Origin: Lama glama | Taxonomy: Eukaryota | Direction: 5' to 3' | Assembly: GCA_028534125.1 (NCBI GenBank) | Contig: CM052850.1 | Span: 26,102,001 to 26,166,000, forward strand | DNA: 64,000 nucleotides | Program-made: the position numbers and the translations under genes | Notes under the pieces: generated by a model | The model's database searches: none | Seen by the model: only the letters and a program-made list of their open reading frames with translations | What the model was told of the DNA's origin: nothing | In this document: piece by piece, positions 12,390 through 50,787 of the stretch | How positions within the stretch are numbered: the stretch's first letter is position 1 | Layout of the letters: every line of letters begins with the position of its first letter

Positions 12390-12865
12390 TGCTCAAAGGG
12401 TTTACATGCAAAGACCGCAAACAGTTTAAAAACCACTCCCTTAAGCTAAGTCCTTACAAGGACTCTCGCAAGAGCAAAGTCTGGGGAGGGGGGAGGCAGG
12501 AGGACTCAGAGAGCGAGTCCAAGGGGAGGACAGCCCCAGGCAGGCAGGCCCACAGCCCCCAGACCCACCGCAGCAACAAGGACCTGACTCACAGAGCCTC
12601 CCACCCTCCAGTCTGGCTCCAGAACACAGAATTTGTCCTGCAGGTGGGCCGGGGAAGGAGCAGATAGTATGTGTCCAAGAATTGTGAGCAGCAAAAGACA
12701 GGGGAAAGACTGTTGTGGCCAATCCGGGAGCCGTTACATAAATCACAGCGTATCCTGCAGCGGAGGACTTCAAAGCGGTTAGATTCAAGCAACAATCCGT
12801 GCAGCAATAAGGAACAATCTCTAAGACACAGTATTACAACTGCGAGAAGCAGAGGCTCGCCCTCA
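12390..12865. mobile_element. Possible ERV LTR remnant
   Basis: Compositionally distinct block beginning TG on the minus strand near 12865; family not recognised. Confidence 0.3.
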
Positions 12866-13504
12866 TCCGCACAGACACCGCATCTCTGGGGGGCACACAG
12901 GTGTGGCCGGGCCAGCAGGGTGCGGCTGCACTGTCCGATGGGAGGGAAACCTAATGATCACTGAAATGCCCTTTTTATTTTTATTTTTAAACTTATTTTT
13001 ATTTAAACATCTTTGAAACGCCCTTTGTGTTTGATTTTTCACCATGTGCATGTGTCACCGATTCACAAAATAAATTTTAAATGAGCACATGTGGGGACAG
13101 ATTTTCAGCAGCAGAACTTCCTGACCTGCAGACTTGCCAAGCAAGGGGCGGGGGCTGGGGCGGGGGGGAGGCGGGAATCTGCCTGTTGAGTAACACGTGT
13201 CTAATCCTTTGCAGACCAGGACACATGGGCCAAGAGGGGAAGTCATTTGCCAAAGGACTAGTCAGGCCCAGTGCCCAATTTTCTTGATTCCAAGCCCAAA
13301 GCCATCTCTGTCCCACCACCCTGCAACTCGGGCCCCTACTGCACTTGTTGACTGAAGTGGTACTCGAGTCTTGAAGAGCAAGAGGGGTGAGGTCCCTCAG
13401 GGAGCCAGAAAGGCCAGGGCAGGAGTGGCATCAGAGGGTACTTTACCTCTTTCCCAAGGGCTACACGACCATCGCTACCTGTCTCTAAACTCACATATTA
13501 AAGA

Positions 13505-13910
13505 GGAAACAACACAAGTGCCTGTGAACAGATGAATGGATAAACTAAATGTGGTCCGTCCACACGATGGAACATTATTCAGCCATAAAAAGGGAGGTCC
13601 TCATGCTGCTCCAAGCGGGTGAAGCTTGGGAACATTCTGCCAAGTGAAAGAAGTCAGACACAAACGGACACGTTTTGTACAATTCCACTCACACGAAACA
13701 TCTGGGAGAGGCAGATGTTTCAGAAGCTAGATTACAGGTTCCCAGGGGCCGAGCGAGGCGGGAATGGGGAGTAATTATTTAACAGGTGCACAGTTTCTTA
13801 TCAGGATGATGAGAAGATGCAGGGAACAGTGGCGATGGTGACATAATAACACACCTACTTCATGCCGCTGAGTCGCACACTTGAAAAAATCACTTTTATA
13901 TTATGGATTT
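13505..13910 (+). mobile_element. Old L1M (L1MB/MC-like) 3' end fragment
   Basis: gatgaatggataaactaaatgtggt...ggaacattattcagccataaaa...aagtgaaagaagtcagacac are typical L1 ORF2-end/3'UTR motifs. Confidence 0.8.
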
Positions 13911-16900
13911 TTACCACTATAAACAACTACCATGGGAGGTACGCACATAGTGAGAAGATTTTCCAGCAGCCCACACGCTATCTTCCTCCCACTGGGAGCC
14001 TCCCAGAGGCAACCACGTTCTCTGTTTCTTCTGAACATCGTTTTCCTGACTCCCAGCCAGAGACTTGATGAGACTGGGGGTTATTATTCAATTTCCCCAA
14101 GTGTGTTCCCACTGAGTCTCCACAGCCCTCCTGCCCTGGAAACAAGACCAGGAGTCGGTCCAGAGGAGCACACCCAAAAATCCTGCTTCCGCCAGCGGAT
14201 CCCGGGCGGACGGGCCTGGCTGCTTCTGGGGGCCGTGTCCCATGGGAGCCACAGAACTGGCCTCAAGTAACCGTCCCCTCCTGGCCCCTGCCCACCTGGA
14301 ATTGGCCGAATGGCTGCTTCCTGTCTGCGAGAAGGCCCAGCATTTGGCTCTGACCCTGCTCAGGACGTGACCAACCAGGGTCAGCGGTGGCTCCTGGTTC
14401 TGCATCCATGGCTCCAATTTGGTCCGGAACCTGCCTGCTGGCCCTGGCTGAGTGGGGAGGCTGGGAATTGGAACCTACTACTGGGGAACATGCCGCAGGT
14501 GCCCGCGGCTGGGAGCCCTTCCCAGGCTGCCACCAGGAACGCATGGGCACCAAACCCATACCCGCTGGTGGAGCTGTGGGGAGAGGTGGCCAGATGGGTG
14601 GCTGGTGTTCTCCACGTGAAGCCGACTGTTAGAAGTGAGTCAGCGGTTTCCCTAGCCTCAGCTCGGCAGTAAAACCACACTCCAGCTGGACAGTTGATGG
14701 AGGGGCCGGCCGAACTCGAGTGGGGCTGATAGTCCCTGTGGACCAGCTGCTGTGTCCTCCGTGGCTGACAGGCTAGCGGGACCGGTAGGGTGGGGGTGAC
14801 AGGCTCTCACTCAGCTGAGACTGACGGCTCTGCCCAGCCCTCTGCAGCCGGGCTCACGCCAGCATCTGGTGCTTCTGCATCTCCACCTGGGAAGGCAGTG
14901 AGGCGGACTGTGCAGCAGCAGTGGGGACGGGGGCAGGAAGGGCTGTCGCGAGCAGAGGCTGGGTCTGAGAGTGGAGGCCTGGCCCTGCCTGTGAACTGAG
15001 ATCATTTCTACCATCAGTTTTCAGGGTTATGTCTAGCACCAAACTTCCACCGAGCAAGTGAATGAAGGAACAGAGGAGACAGGCTAACGTTGGGTGGAAA
15101 CGTGGAGAGACTCCTTGTCTGGCGAGAGTTGAGGGGGGCGTCCCCTCCCACTGGGCATCTTCAGGGTGGGACGGGCTCGCTCACCCCTAGGCTGGTGCCC
15201 GGCACGTGTGACGGGACGTGAGGCCCGAGTGAGCCGGCCACCACCTCCTCATTGATTAGGACCTGGGGGCACCAGTGGTCTTAGAGATCAGTGACACAAA
15301 AGGATTTGTAACACGTGGGGAAACAGCTCAGAGAAGGGGATGCCAGGCCCAAGGGCAGTCCAGGCCCACTCGCCCAGGGTCCGCCAGGTCCTGGGACGCC
15401 AGGGCGAGGGTGGGCAGGGTGGCCCTTGCAACAGGGAGGCCCAGGCTGGCTTCAGGTACTCCCGGGGCCTCCCATGCAGGGGATCCCTTCTCCCAGGGGT
15501 CCACAGGCCACACAGAGCAAGGCGCTGGGGGGAGGAGATGGTTTCTCATACTAACTGTGCCTCACTCTGGATGTCAGGGAAAATTCTGAGATCTCATTGC
15601 CCCAGCAGCACTCTGAAGGAACAAGGGGAGGACAAGGCCGGCATCACGGGGGGAGCAGAGGAGGACCAGGCCTCGGGCCAAGGCCCGCCTGCTCTCCAGC
15701 CCTCTGGGTGCTCACTGGCCTCCCCCAGCCATGCTGACTCACCGCGCCCCCGCATCTGGGCCCACCGCAGAGGCTGGCTCTCCCAGGGGCCTGGTCAGGC
15801 TGAGAGCCAAGTGCCTGGCCTGTGTGTGGCCTTGGCTGCCCCCGACCTGGCCCCTTCTCCACCCACACCGCCAGGGGAGCGGATGCCAGGCACATCCCGC
15901 GCCGTCCTCACTTGCAGGCACTCTGGGATGGAGGTTTGACGCATGGATCCCCCCACCACCTCCAGCCTAAGCGCCTCTTGGGTTCCCGCTGGCAGTCTGT
16001 CCTGGCACTCTGACTGGTTTTCTCGCAATCGCTGGGGTGGTACGGACCACCGGCCCCGGGGCTGCCCAGGGAAGGGAGGAGAGCACCCCTTGCCGGCCCC
16101 AAGTGACAGTGGGCAGGTGGGCAGCAGGTGGCTCTGGAGAGCAGAGCGCTGGCTGGAGAGCCGGTGGGAGGCATCCTCTCCAGCCTGGGACTCCGGCCAG
16201 GGGCAGACATGGGAGACAGGAGGGCCTGTGGTCCCCGACGCTGACGGTGCCCACCTGTGCACAATGCAGAGGAACTGTAGCTGACCTCTGACCTGTGGGA
16301 GCTGGTGGATAAGCTTCTCCTTTCTCCCCTGGGCAGCTCTGAGATGCGATCTCCTCGGATCTGGGGGGACAGCCGTGTGCAACTGAGCCGCAGCTTCCCA
16401 CAGAGACACGTCTTCCCCCGGCTCCTCCGTCCCGTCTCGCTCCCCAGGCCCCTCGCCCACTCCCCGCAGGCATGCTGACGGCAGGACACCCGCCACTCAC
16501 TGGGAGGCCGTCTCAGTTACTCCAAGCCTCCACACCCGATGCACCGGCCTTGGCACCAGGCCGGTCTTTAATTCTGGCCCAGTCGCAGGGGGCTGAGAGG
16601 AGTGCTCGGCAGCAGAGCGCCCACTGTCTGCGAGCTGAGGGCCTCCTGCACTACCTCAGCGTCTAGGTTGTGGACCTACTGTCCACGGAGGTGTCCTGGT
16701 CCCAGTGCAGAAAGAAACCAGCCCAGTACCCCCTGGATACAGGACAGAGGGCTCGGAGAACTGACCCTCACCACGCGGGGCAAAGCCAGCCACAGCTGTG
16801 TTGTGCAGAAAGGCCGCCTCCGTCCCCTTCCCCCTAGCACGCGCTGCACAGGCTCTCAGCGGGCAGGGAGCGCGGGGGTCTCGCTCACACTGCCGCCGGT

Positions 16901-18019
16901 GTGCACAGAGCTCCCTCCAGAGGCTCCAGGTCGGGCTGGGGGCGGACGAGTGGACGGTTCTCTCCTCAGGCCGCCTTCCTGGGCTTGCCTTGCTGGCTGC
17001 ACCCCTCACAGGCCTGGGCAGGGGGCCCCTGTGCCCCCCCTTCCCGGTCACCACAGGCCACCTGACACAGGGCGAGAAGGAGCCAGTCCCTCTCAGCTGT
17101 GCGGGTCGGCTGACGGCCCTGCTGGGGCGTGCCCACCCTGCCCCCTTCCCATGCCGGGCTCTCAGCAGCGGGGCTGCCCCGGCCTCTTCCTGGTCTTGGG
17201 CCCCACACCAGCCTCCACACAGCAACCGACGGGTCTACTGTCAATGTGCTGGCCGCTCACGCCCTGCCAGCCTCAGAGAAAGTTCAGACTCGTTTGCGGA
17301 ACCCCGAGTCCTCTTGCCCTGGCTGCACCGTCCCTCCCTTCGACCCCAAAGTCCTGGGCTGGGCCTTCCCTGTCTGGTCGGACACACCAGCTCTGCCCCA
17401 CGACTACCAACCAATCGCTTCTTGCTCCCTGAGCACTGCCCTCGAGACAGCACCCTGCAGGCTGGCCCCATGGGCCCACAGGACGTCCTCATGGGCAATG
17501 GGGCCACATGTCCACAGCCACACACGCAGGCCCACGGAAGAGCCAGCATCTGACCTGCTCCTGGGCCCACCCACCACCCCAAAAATCCAAAGCCGTAGGG
17601 TTTTCCCGAGTGCTTGCAGCAGCCTCTCCCTGTCTCCATTTCCACCCCGACTTCCGTCCCAGCCAGGAGCCTTTCAATATACTGCCCGCATAAGGCCTCC
17701 AGTGCACTTATGAGACCACGATGACGTGTACACCCTCTCCCGTCAGCACATCACCCTCACTGCCACAGCTCCAGGGGCCCCGGCAAGCTGGACCCCACTG
17801 TGCTTCCCAGAGCTGCCCTGCCTGCTCCCTGCCTGTCCAGACTCTGAGGGGGTGCCACTCCCACCCAGCCTACCTGGGCTGTTGATTAACTTGTTTAAGG
17901 TGTGTTACCCCACTGGCTGCTGCCCGTGCAGAGCTCTGGAATTGGACCCCAGCTCTGCCTCACGGGCCGTACACCTCTAACAGTTACTGGGGACCCCTAA
18001 GGGCTTTTGTCGATGTGGG

Positions 18020-18215
18020 TTACATCTGTCAGTAGTGGCCATGTTAACTATTTTGATAATGTTGATTCTTCCAATCCAAGAGCACAAGACATCTTTCCAT
18101 TTCTTTGTATCATCTTCAATTTCCTTCGTCAGTGCTGCACAGTTTCCAGGGTACAGGTAGCCTCCTTGGTTAAGTTTATTTCTGGGTATTTTGCTGGTTT
18201 TGATGCAATGGAAAT
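18020..18215 (-). mobile_element. L1 ORF2 fragment
   Basis: Minus-strand translation KEIEDDTKKWKDVLCSWIGRINIIK matches the L1 ORF2 motif; frameshifted. Confidence 0.85.
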
Positions 18216-18279
18216 GTTTATGCCTGTTATAAAATTCTGGGTTTTGAACTGCAAAAAAAAAAAAGTGAATGAAGAGCCA

Positions 18280-18860
18280 CAAATGGCAAAATATCCTCCT
18301 TTTTTTGCGGGTGAGCCGTGCTCCATCCCATGTATGTGCTGCACCTTCTGTGTCGTCACTTGTCCAGATGTGCTCTAGGATGCCTGCCTGTCCTGCTGAT
18401 TGGGAACAGTGCTGCTGTTAACAGGGGGTGTATGTGTCTTTTTGAATTAATGTTTTTGTCTTTCTCAGGTATATGCCCAGGAGTGCAGTTGCTGGGCCAC
18501 ATAGTGGTTGTTTTTAGGTTTTTGAAAAACCTCCATATTGTTTCCCATGGTGGTCGCACAGTTTGCATTCCCACCAACGGCGTCTAAGGCCTCCCTTTTC
18601 TCCACATCCATGCCAACATTTGCTATTTGTGTTCTTTTTGGTGATGGCCATCCTGACAGGTGTGAGATGGTGTCTCACTGTAGTTTGACCTGCGTTTCCC
18701 TGACACTGGCGAGGTCAGGCAGCTTTTCATGTCCTTGTTGGCCATCTGCATTTCCTCTTTGGGAAAAATGTCTTTTCAGTTTTTCTGCCCATATTTTAAA
18801 TGGGTTGTTTGTTTGTTTGCTTTTTAATTGAAGTACAGTTGATTTGAAATGTTTTATTTA
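18280..18860 (-). mobile_element. L1 ORF2 C-terminus/3'UTR fragment
   Basis: WETIWRFFKNLK...HPLLTAALFPI; plus-strand gcattcccaccaac and ctgacaggtgtgagatggtgtctcactgtagtttg are typical antisense L1 sequence. Confidence 0.85.
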
Positions 18861-18939
18861 AAAAAAATTAAAACAGTATCGGCCATATTAAGGATTAAAA
18901 CTAAGGCTTTTGAGAAACACTTCTGTATTTTTGGGGGGG

Positions 18940-19040
18940 TTCTTAACAGACTTTATTTTTTTACAGTTTTAGGTTCTCAGCAAAATTGAGTGGAAAATGC
19001 AGAAAATCCCCATATACTCTTGCCCCTGTTGCCACACACT
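18940..19040 (-). mobile_element. L1MA/L1MB-type 3' terminal fragment
   Basis: agactttattttttacagttttaggttctcagcaaaattgag...cccatata; a similar short piece lies at about 8440-8500. Confidence 0.6.
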
Positions 19041-21162
19041 TCTGTGTTAAATCAAGAAAAATAACAATAGTTAAGTCCATATCTTTAAAAAATGAAAACT
19101 AATTTTATCTCCCAGGGCAAAAACTTTCAGTGAGAAGAGTGGTGTTCTTTTACTGTTCGCGCCTCTTTAAAGTCTGGGTGAACTGGAGACACGTGGAATC
19201 TCACAGCTGCCCTGCGTCCGATCGGCCGTGATGAGCGGTCCTGGTCAGAGCACATGAAGGAAGTCCAGCCCACGCGGACATATGGCAGGAAAGGAGCACT
19301 GAGGACTGTGGCCTGTGGCCTGGCTAGAGTGCAGTGAGCGTGCTGGGTCCAGCTCACCCCGACACACTCTGGACGTGCTATGACCCGCTTCTGTCTCCAG
19401 GCTCGTGCCCAGAGCTGGCCAAGAGCCACAGCAAGGAGTCCCCTCAATGTGGACATGCCTGGCGGTGTGTGCCAGGGGGGAGGGGGGCCCTCCCCATGTG
19501 GTCGCCCTGGACTTCTTGAGACCCTGGGGCCTGCCTCGGGCCCCCCACCACAGCTCCGGGATGGCAGGAGCCCCACATTCTGTGGCTCCAGGCTGGGGGA
19601 GTCTGCTCGGCATCTGGGAGGCCTCCTGGCCGCATCCTGCACATCAACTTATCCATACAGGGCAGGTGGGGAGCCTGAGGGGGGTTAGGTCCTGCTGCCT
19701 ACCTCTCCGAGACCAGGTGTTCCTCTGTTTTCAAAATGTGAAACAGAGACTGGGGAAGCAGCTTGTTGCTGGCAGAGAAGACAGCTCGCTCCCTCCTGAT
19801 GAGCAGCTATGAGCCAAGTTTACAAGGTCCCCTTATGGCCGCTCATCTTCAGAAGAGGCTATGCCTGTGGCTTGCTCTTACTGTAGCCCTGGAATCCTAC
19901 AAGGTTTCCCTCTGTAATGCACAGCAGGCTTGGATTAGGAGTGCTTGCTCCACTTTGCCTGAGGTCAGTTTCTGCCTCCAACCCCCTCCACCACAGTTTT
20001 GGTTAAGAAATACATTTTACTTGGTGGCTCAGAGCACACACACCAGAAGAAAACTGTAACAAAATGTAGCCTTAAAAATGCTGCCTGTAACTGTCTAAGT
20101 TGATTTTTGGCCCACTAATAACTTGCTACTTTCTGCTTACAAAATAGGGGTCCAGATACGGCGTCCCTTTATTAACACGGGAAAGGATGACCACTACCAC
20201 CTGTCACATCAACCCCAACTTTCTTACTCTTGTCATTTTGAAAGCAGCAACAGCATCAGCCGACTGAGTTTTCTGTTCCTTTGACTTTTTTTCTTAAAGG
20301 CACAATTCACGCTCTTTACAGAAACCTTGGAAAAGATGGCAAAGCCAAGCCTCTCTCTCAGCCCTCATCCCGTCCCAAAGACAAACCCTGTGATTTCTTT
20401 TCCTCCCAGACCTGTGGTCACACTTCAGGACCGGGCTGACTGCATTCTTCTGTGACAGGAATAAAACGGGCACTGATCCCGCCAGGTAACCTAAGCTTGA
20501 GGTTTTAAAAACTAACTTCTTTCTTCCCAACTCAGCCATCTGAGAGCAACTTTCCTTTTTAAGATAACACCCTGAGATATAATCATAACGTTCACCCTTA
20601 AAGATGTGAGCAGTTCACACATCTTGTGGTTTCGTTCTGCCCGCCTAACTGCCGAACACTCCCCAGGCTCGCTCCCTAGCCTCGGCGTGCCGGTCTGCAC
20701 GCTGGGCGCAGGGCCCGGCCCAGGACCCGCGGAGACCCCGCCCGCGGCCACGTGCGCAGCGCCCTCCTGGTCCGGTGCGGCGCGGCGCCAGCTTCCTGGC
20801 ACCTACTGGTTTAAATTTCAGCTGAAAGCAGGGCAGCATTTTTCTCCTTCCCAGGACAGCACCGGTTTAACGTCCCCGAGGAGCCGCGCCGTCCACCCAT
20901 ACCAGGACGGCGACGACCACTCCAAGACCTCCGACGTCCCCAGGCCCCGCCCGGAAAAACCGCGCTGCGGCGCATGCGCGGCAGGCGCTGCCCGAGAGGG
21001 CCCGCGCGCGCGCGCTCGGGCGCATCCATCTCCTGACAACTCCCCCCCGGCCTCCGCACCGATGGTTCCGGCCACGGCGGGGCGGGGCCAGGCCGCGGCG
21101 CGAAAATCGGCGGGAAGAAAGGAGCCACTTCCGCCCGCGGTCCCGCGGTTCCAGGTCCGGCT

Positions 21163-21204
21163 GCACCCGCACCCGCACCCGCTCCCGCTCCCGCTCCCGC
21201 TCCC
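21163..21204 (+). repeat. Hexamer tandem repeat (GCACCC)3(GCTCCC)4 directly before the CDT1 start codon
   Basis: Read directly from the sequence; followed by GCC-ATG at 21205-21210. Confidence 0.9.
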
Positions 21205-21207
21205 GCC

Positions 21208-25166
<3,959 letters not shown>

Positions 25167-25631
25167 GCCTGCTGGGCGTGCCGACACAGCCTGGCCTCTG
25201 TGCCTGGGCCTTACTCCCTTCAGAAGACGACGCACTTTGCTCTCCCTGTCCAGAGTCCCCAGGAGGGTCGCCTGGGTGCTGGCTGCTGGGCTTGAGGGTC
25301 TCCAGCCAGTGCTGTTGGCCCCCCTGTATACAGGGTGCGAGGAAGTGGGGTCAGGGAGGGGGTCCCGTTGGTGGAATAACCCTCCCAGTTGTCCACATGC
25401 GCTCTCCAGGTGGTCCTGGCATCTCCAGGTGGATGCAGGGTCCTCTTGAGAGGAAGACATGCAGAATCTGAGATTGGAAAATGAAGGCAGGGGCCACGAG
25501 CCTGGGGAACACAGGTGCCTTTAGGAGCTGGGAGAGCCCAGAACTGGCCCTCCCAGGTCCTCCTTGGAGCCTCCAGAAATCAGCCCTGCGACTCATGCCT
25601 TGGTTTTTGTACTTGGTCTCTAGAGCTGTAA

Positions 25632-25637
25632 GATAAA
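25632..25637 (+). terminator. Candidate CDT1 poly(A) signal (variant GATAAA)
   Basis: Best plus-strand hexamer I saw between the CDT1 stop and the APRT 3' end; non-canonical. Confidence 0.45.
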
Positions 25638-25816
25638 GTTGTAAGTCTGCACATGGGTGTGACGAGTTACAGCAGCAGGGGAAGCCCTGCTGTGCTCAGA
25701 GGACTCCCCCAGTGGGAGCCACCAACTGCTAATGTCACCAAGTGCTCAGCCCGCCGGGGGGGCCTCTGCACCTTCCACCCTGGACACTGGGAAGGAGACA
25801 CTGCTCTAGAAAGTTG

Positions 25817-25822
25817 TTTATT
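25817..25822 (-). terminator. APRT poly(A) signal AATAAA
   Basis: tttatt on plus strand, about 260 nt past the APRT stop codon. Confidence 0.8.
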
Positions 25823-26078
25823 CATATTCTCACTGCACTGTAGACACGCCTGTAGTGGTCTGGGTTTGGCTGGCTCCAGCCACCAGCTCCAGGCCTTGGC
25901 AGTTCCAGAACCCACAGGAGGGCTCCAGGCAGCAACCTGCCTGGAGACTCAGCCACAGGGACAGGAAAAAGTCCAGGTGGGCAGCCAGGGCCCCTGTTGG
26001 CCAGTGCGGGGGGGGGGGGGTCACTGGCCACCAAGGCCAGCCCTCTCCCCTTGCAGTTGGTGTGGGCCATGGCTGGGG

Positions 26079-28082
<2,004 letters not shown>

Positions 28083-28876
28083 CGTGGCTCCGCACGCGTC
28101 TCGGACACGAGGGGCGGGCTCTGCGCTCGGCTGCCGGGCGTCTGCGGGGGGGGCGGGGCCGGGCGCCAGGGGCGGGGCCGGGTGGACTCGGAGGCTCCGC
28201 GCCTGCGCAGGAGGGTGGGCGGGGCGGGGGCGGGGCCCGCCCGTCTCCTGCAGGAGCTACTGTCTTTCGTCGATTCTTAAGTGCTACCTGCCTATAGGCT
28301 CGTGCTTGTTTCTTGTCCCCTGAACACAGGCGTCCCCGCCTCAGGGACGCTCGCGCGGGGCCCAGGTGCGAGTCAGGGTTGACGGAACACGGCGTCCACG
28401 CAGGCCCGCACTCACCCCGCCGGTTCTTCCTTCCCTCCCGGGCGGGTCTTGACTGAGCTGCTGCGCGGTGCGAGGGCGCCGGCGCGCGCACGGGGCGCAG
28501 GGGGCTCGGCCGGGCTCGGAGCGGTCCCGAGCGGGAGTGCTGTGCAGCGGCCTGGAGGGGAGGGCCGGAGCTGGGGAGCAGTTCCGGGAGGATCAGCGGC
28601 CCGCGGAGGGGCGAGCCAGAGGGGCAAGCCCGGGCCTTTGATGCCCGGCTCCCGCAGGGCCCGCAGTGGGAGGTAGCCCTTCCCAGCCCGGCTGGACCCT
28701 CGGCAGGGTGGGGAGGAGGGAGTGACGGGATGCTTAGCCGGGGCGGCCGCAGCACCCCTCCCTCAGCCTTGGGGCGGCAGTGCCACCCCACTTCGCCGCC
28801 ACCATGGTGCTCAGAGGGGGCAACTTCCCCCGAAACAGAATCTCATTTTGAAAAAAAGACTGCTTAAATGTGTTCC

Positions 28877-28882
28877 TTTATT
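28877..28882 (-). terminator. GALNS poly(A) signal AATAAA
   Basis: tttatt in an AT-rich patch about 750 nt past the GALNS stop, just outside the APRT CpG island. Confidence 0.7.
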
Positions 28883-29630
28883 CTAAAACTGTTTTCTTCG
28901 TAATTCCCCAATCTTACACCAGTACAGATTTGGCACGACAGTCTGCAGAGTGGAAGCCCCACTTGGGGTTGAAATGGTCCAGGGGCCTTCAGGGCGAGGG
29001 CGCTGGAGTCTGCACAGGGCTCTTGTGATTTCGCTGGTGAACGGGCTTATCCTTAAGCTCTGCCACCCTGGGCCCGAGGGGAGGGTCGGCAGGGCAGCTG
29101 TGAGGCAGACAGGCCCCAGAGTGTGCTGGGGTCAGGCGTGGGGGGCTTGGATCTCTAAGGAAGGGGTGGCATCAGCTGTCCCCACTTGGCTGTGGAGGGT
29201 CTGGGTCAGGGAGGCCCGTGGCCTCCTCCCTTTCATGTTCCCAGTCCCCCACCGTGGGGGATGCCAGGGTATCCCCTCTGCACAGCGCCAAGGGGTGACA
29301 GGATTGTCATGGCTGCCTTGGACACCAGGCCTGAAGTACTCGGGGCCAGCCGGGAGGTAGTTGGAGCAGAGGGGGAGGGCATGAGTCGCACAGGGGTCCT
29401 GAGACCCGCTGGGCAGCATCCAGTTCAGGGGCTGCTCTGGGCCTGAGGCGGCAGTGACTGAGGAGTAACTCCAGGGCCCAGCTCAGGTAAATAAGCGCAG
29501 CAGGTGGTGTCCGTCTGGCACAGGACACTTGGTGCTCTTCCAGCACAGCAGCCCTGAGGCCGGAGCCTTCCTAGCCGCCGGCACTTGCAGGGTCTGGAGA
29601 TCCTGGACCTGGCTGGAGCCCAAGGAGGCG

Positions 29631-50540
<20,910 letters not shown>

Positions 50541-50754
50541 GGCAACCACGCCGAGCGCCGCCGAGCCCCGGAGCCGCGGGAACCGGGCCGTCGAAGTGGG
50601 AGGCCCTTCCGGCCGGGCGACGGGGCGGGGCCGGACCAGCAGAGTGACAGGAGGGGCGGGGTCAGGGCTGCTCGGAAGACAGACAGGTGGGCGGGGCCTG
50701 GCCGGCCGCGTGACCGGCGCTGCCGTCACGTGACGCGTCGGCCGGGCTTCCAAG

Positions 50755-50787
50755 ATGGCGGTGTGCGTGGCGGTGATCGCCAAGGAG
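50755..50787 (+). CDS. TRAPPC2L: TRAPPC2L exon 1
   Basis: [11 protein letters not shown], donor GTGCGT. Confidence 0.93.

Noticed and set aside
19690-20110. Possible ERV-derived segment (also about 11680-11880)
   Set aside because: Composition is suggestive, but no LTR boundaries, PBS or gag/pol motif could be identified.
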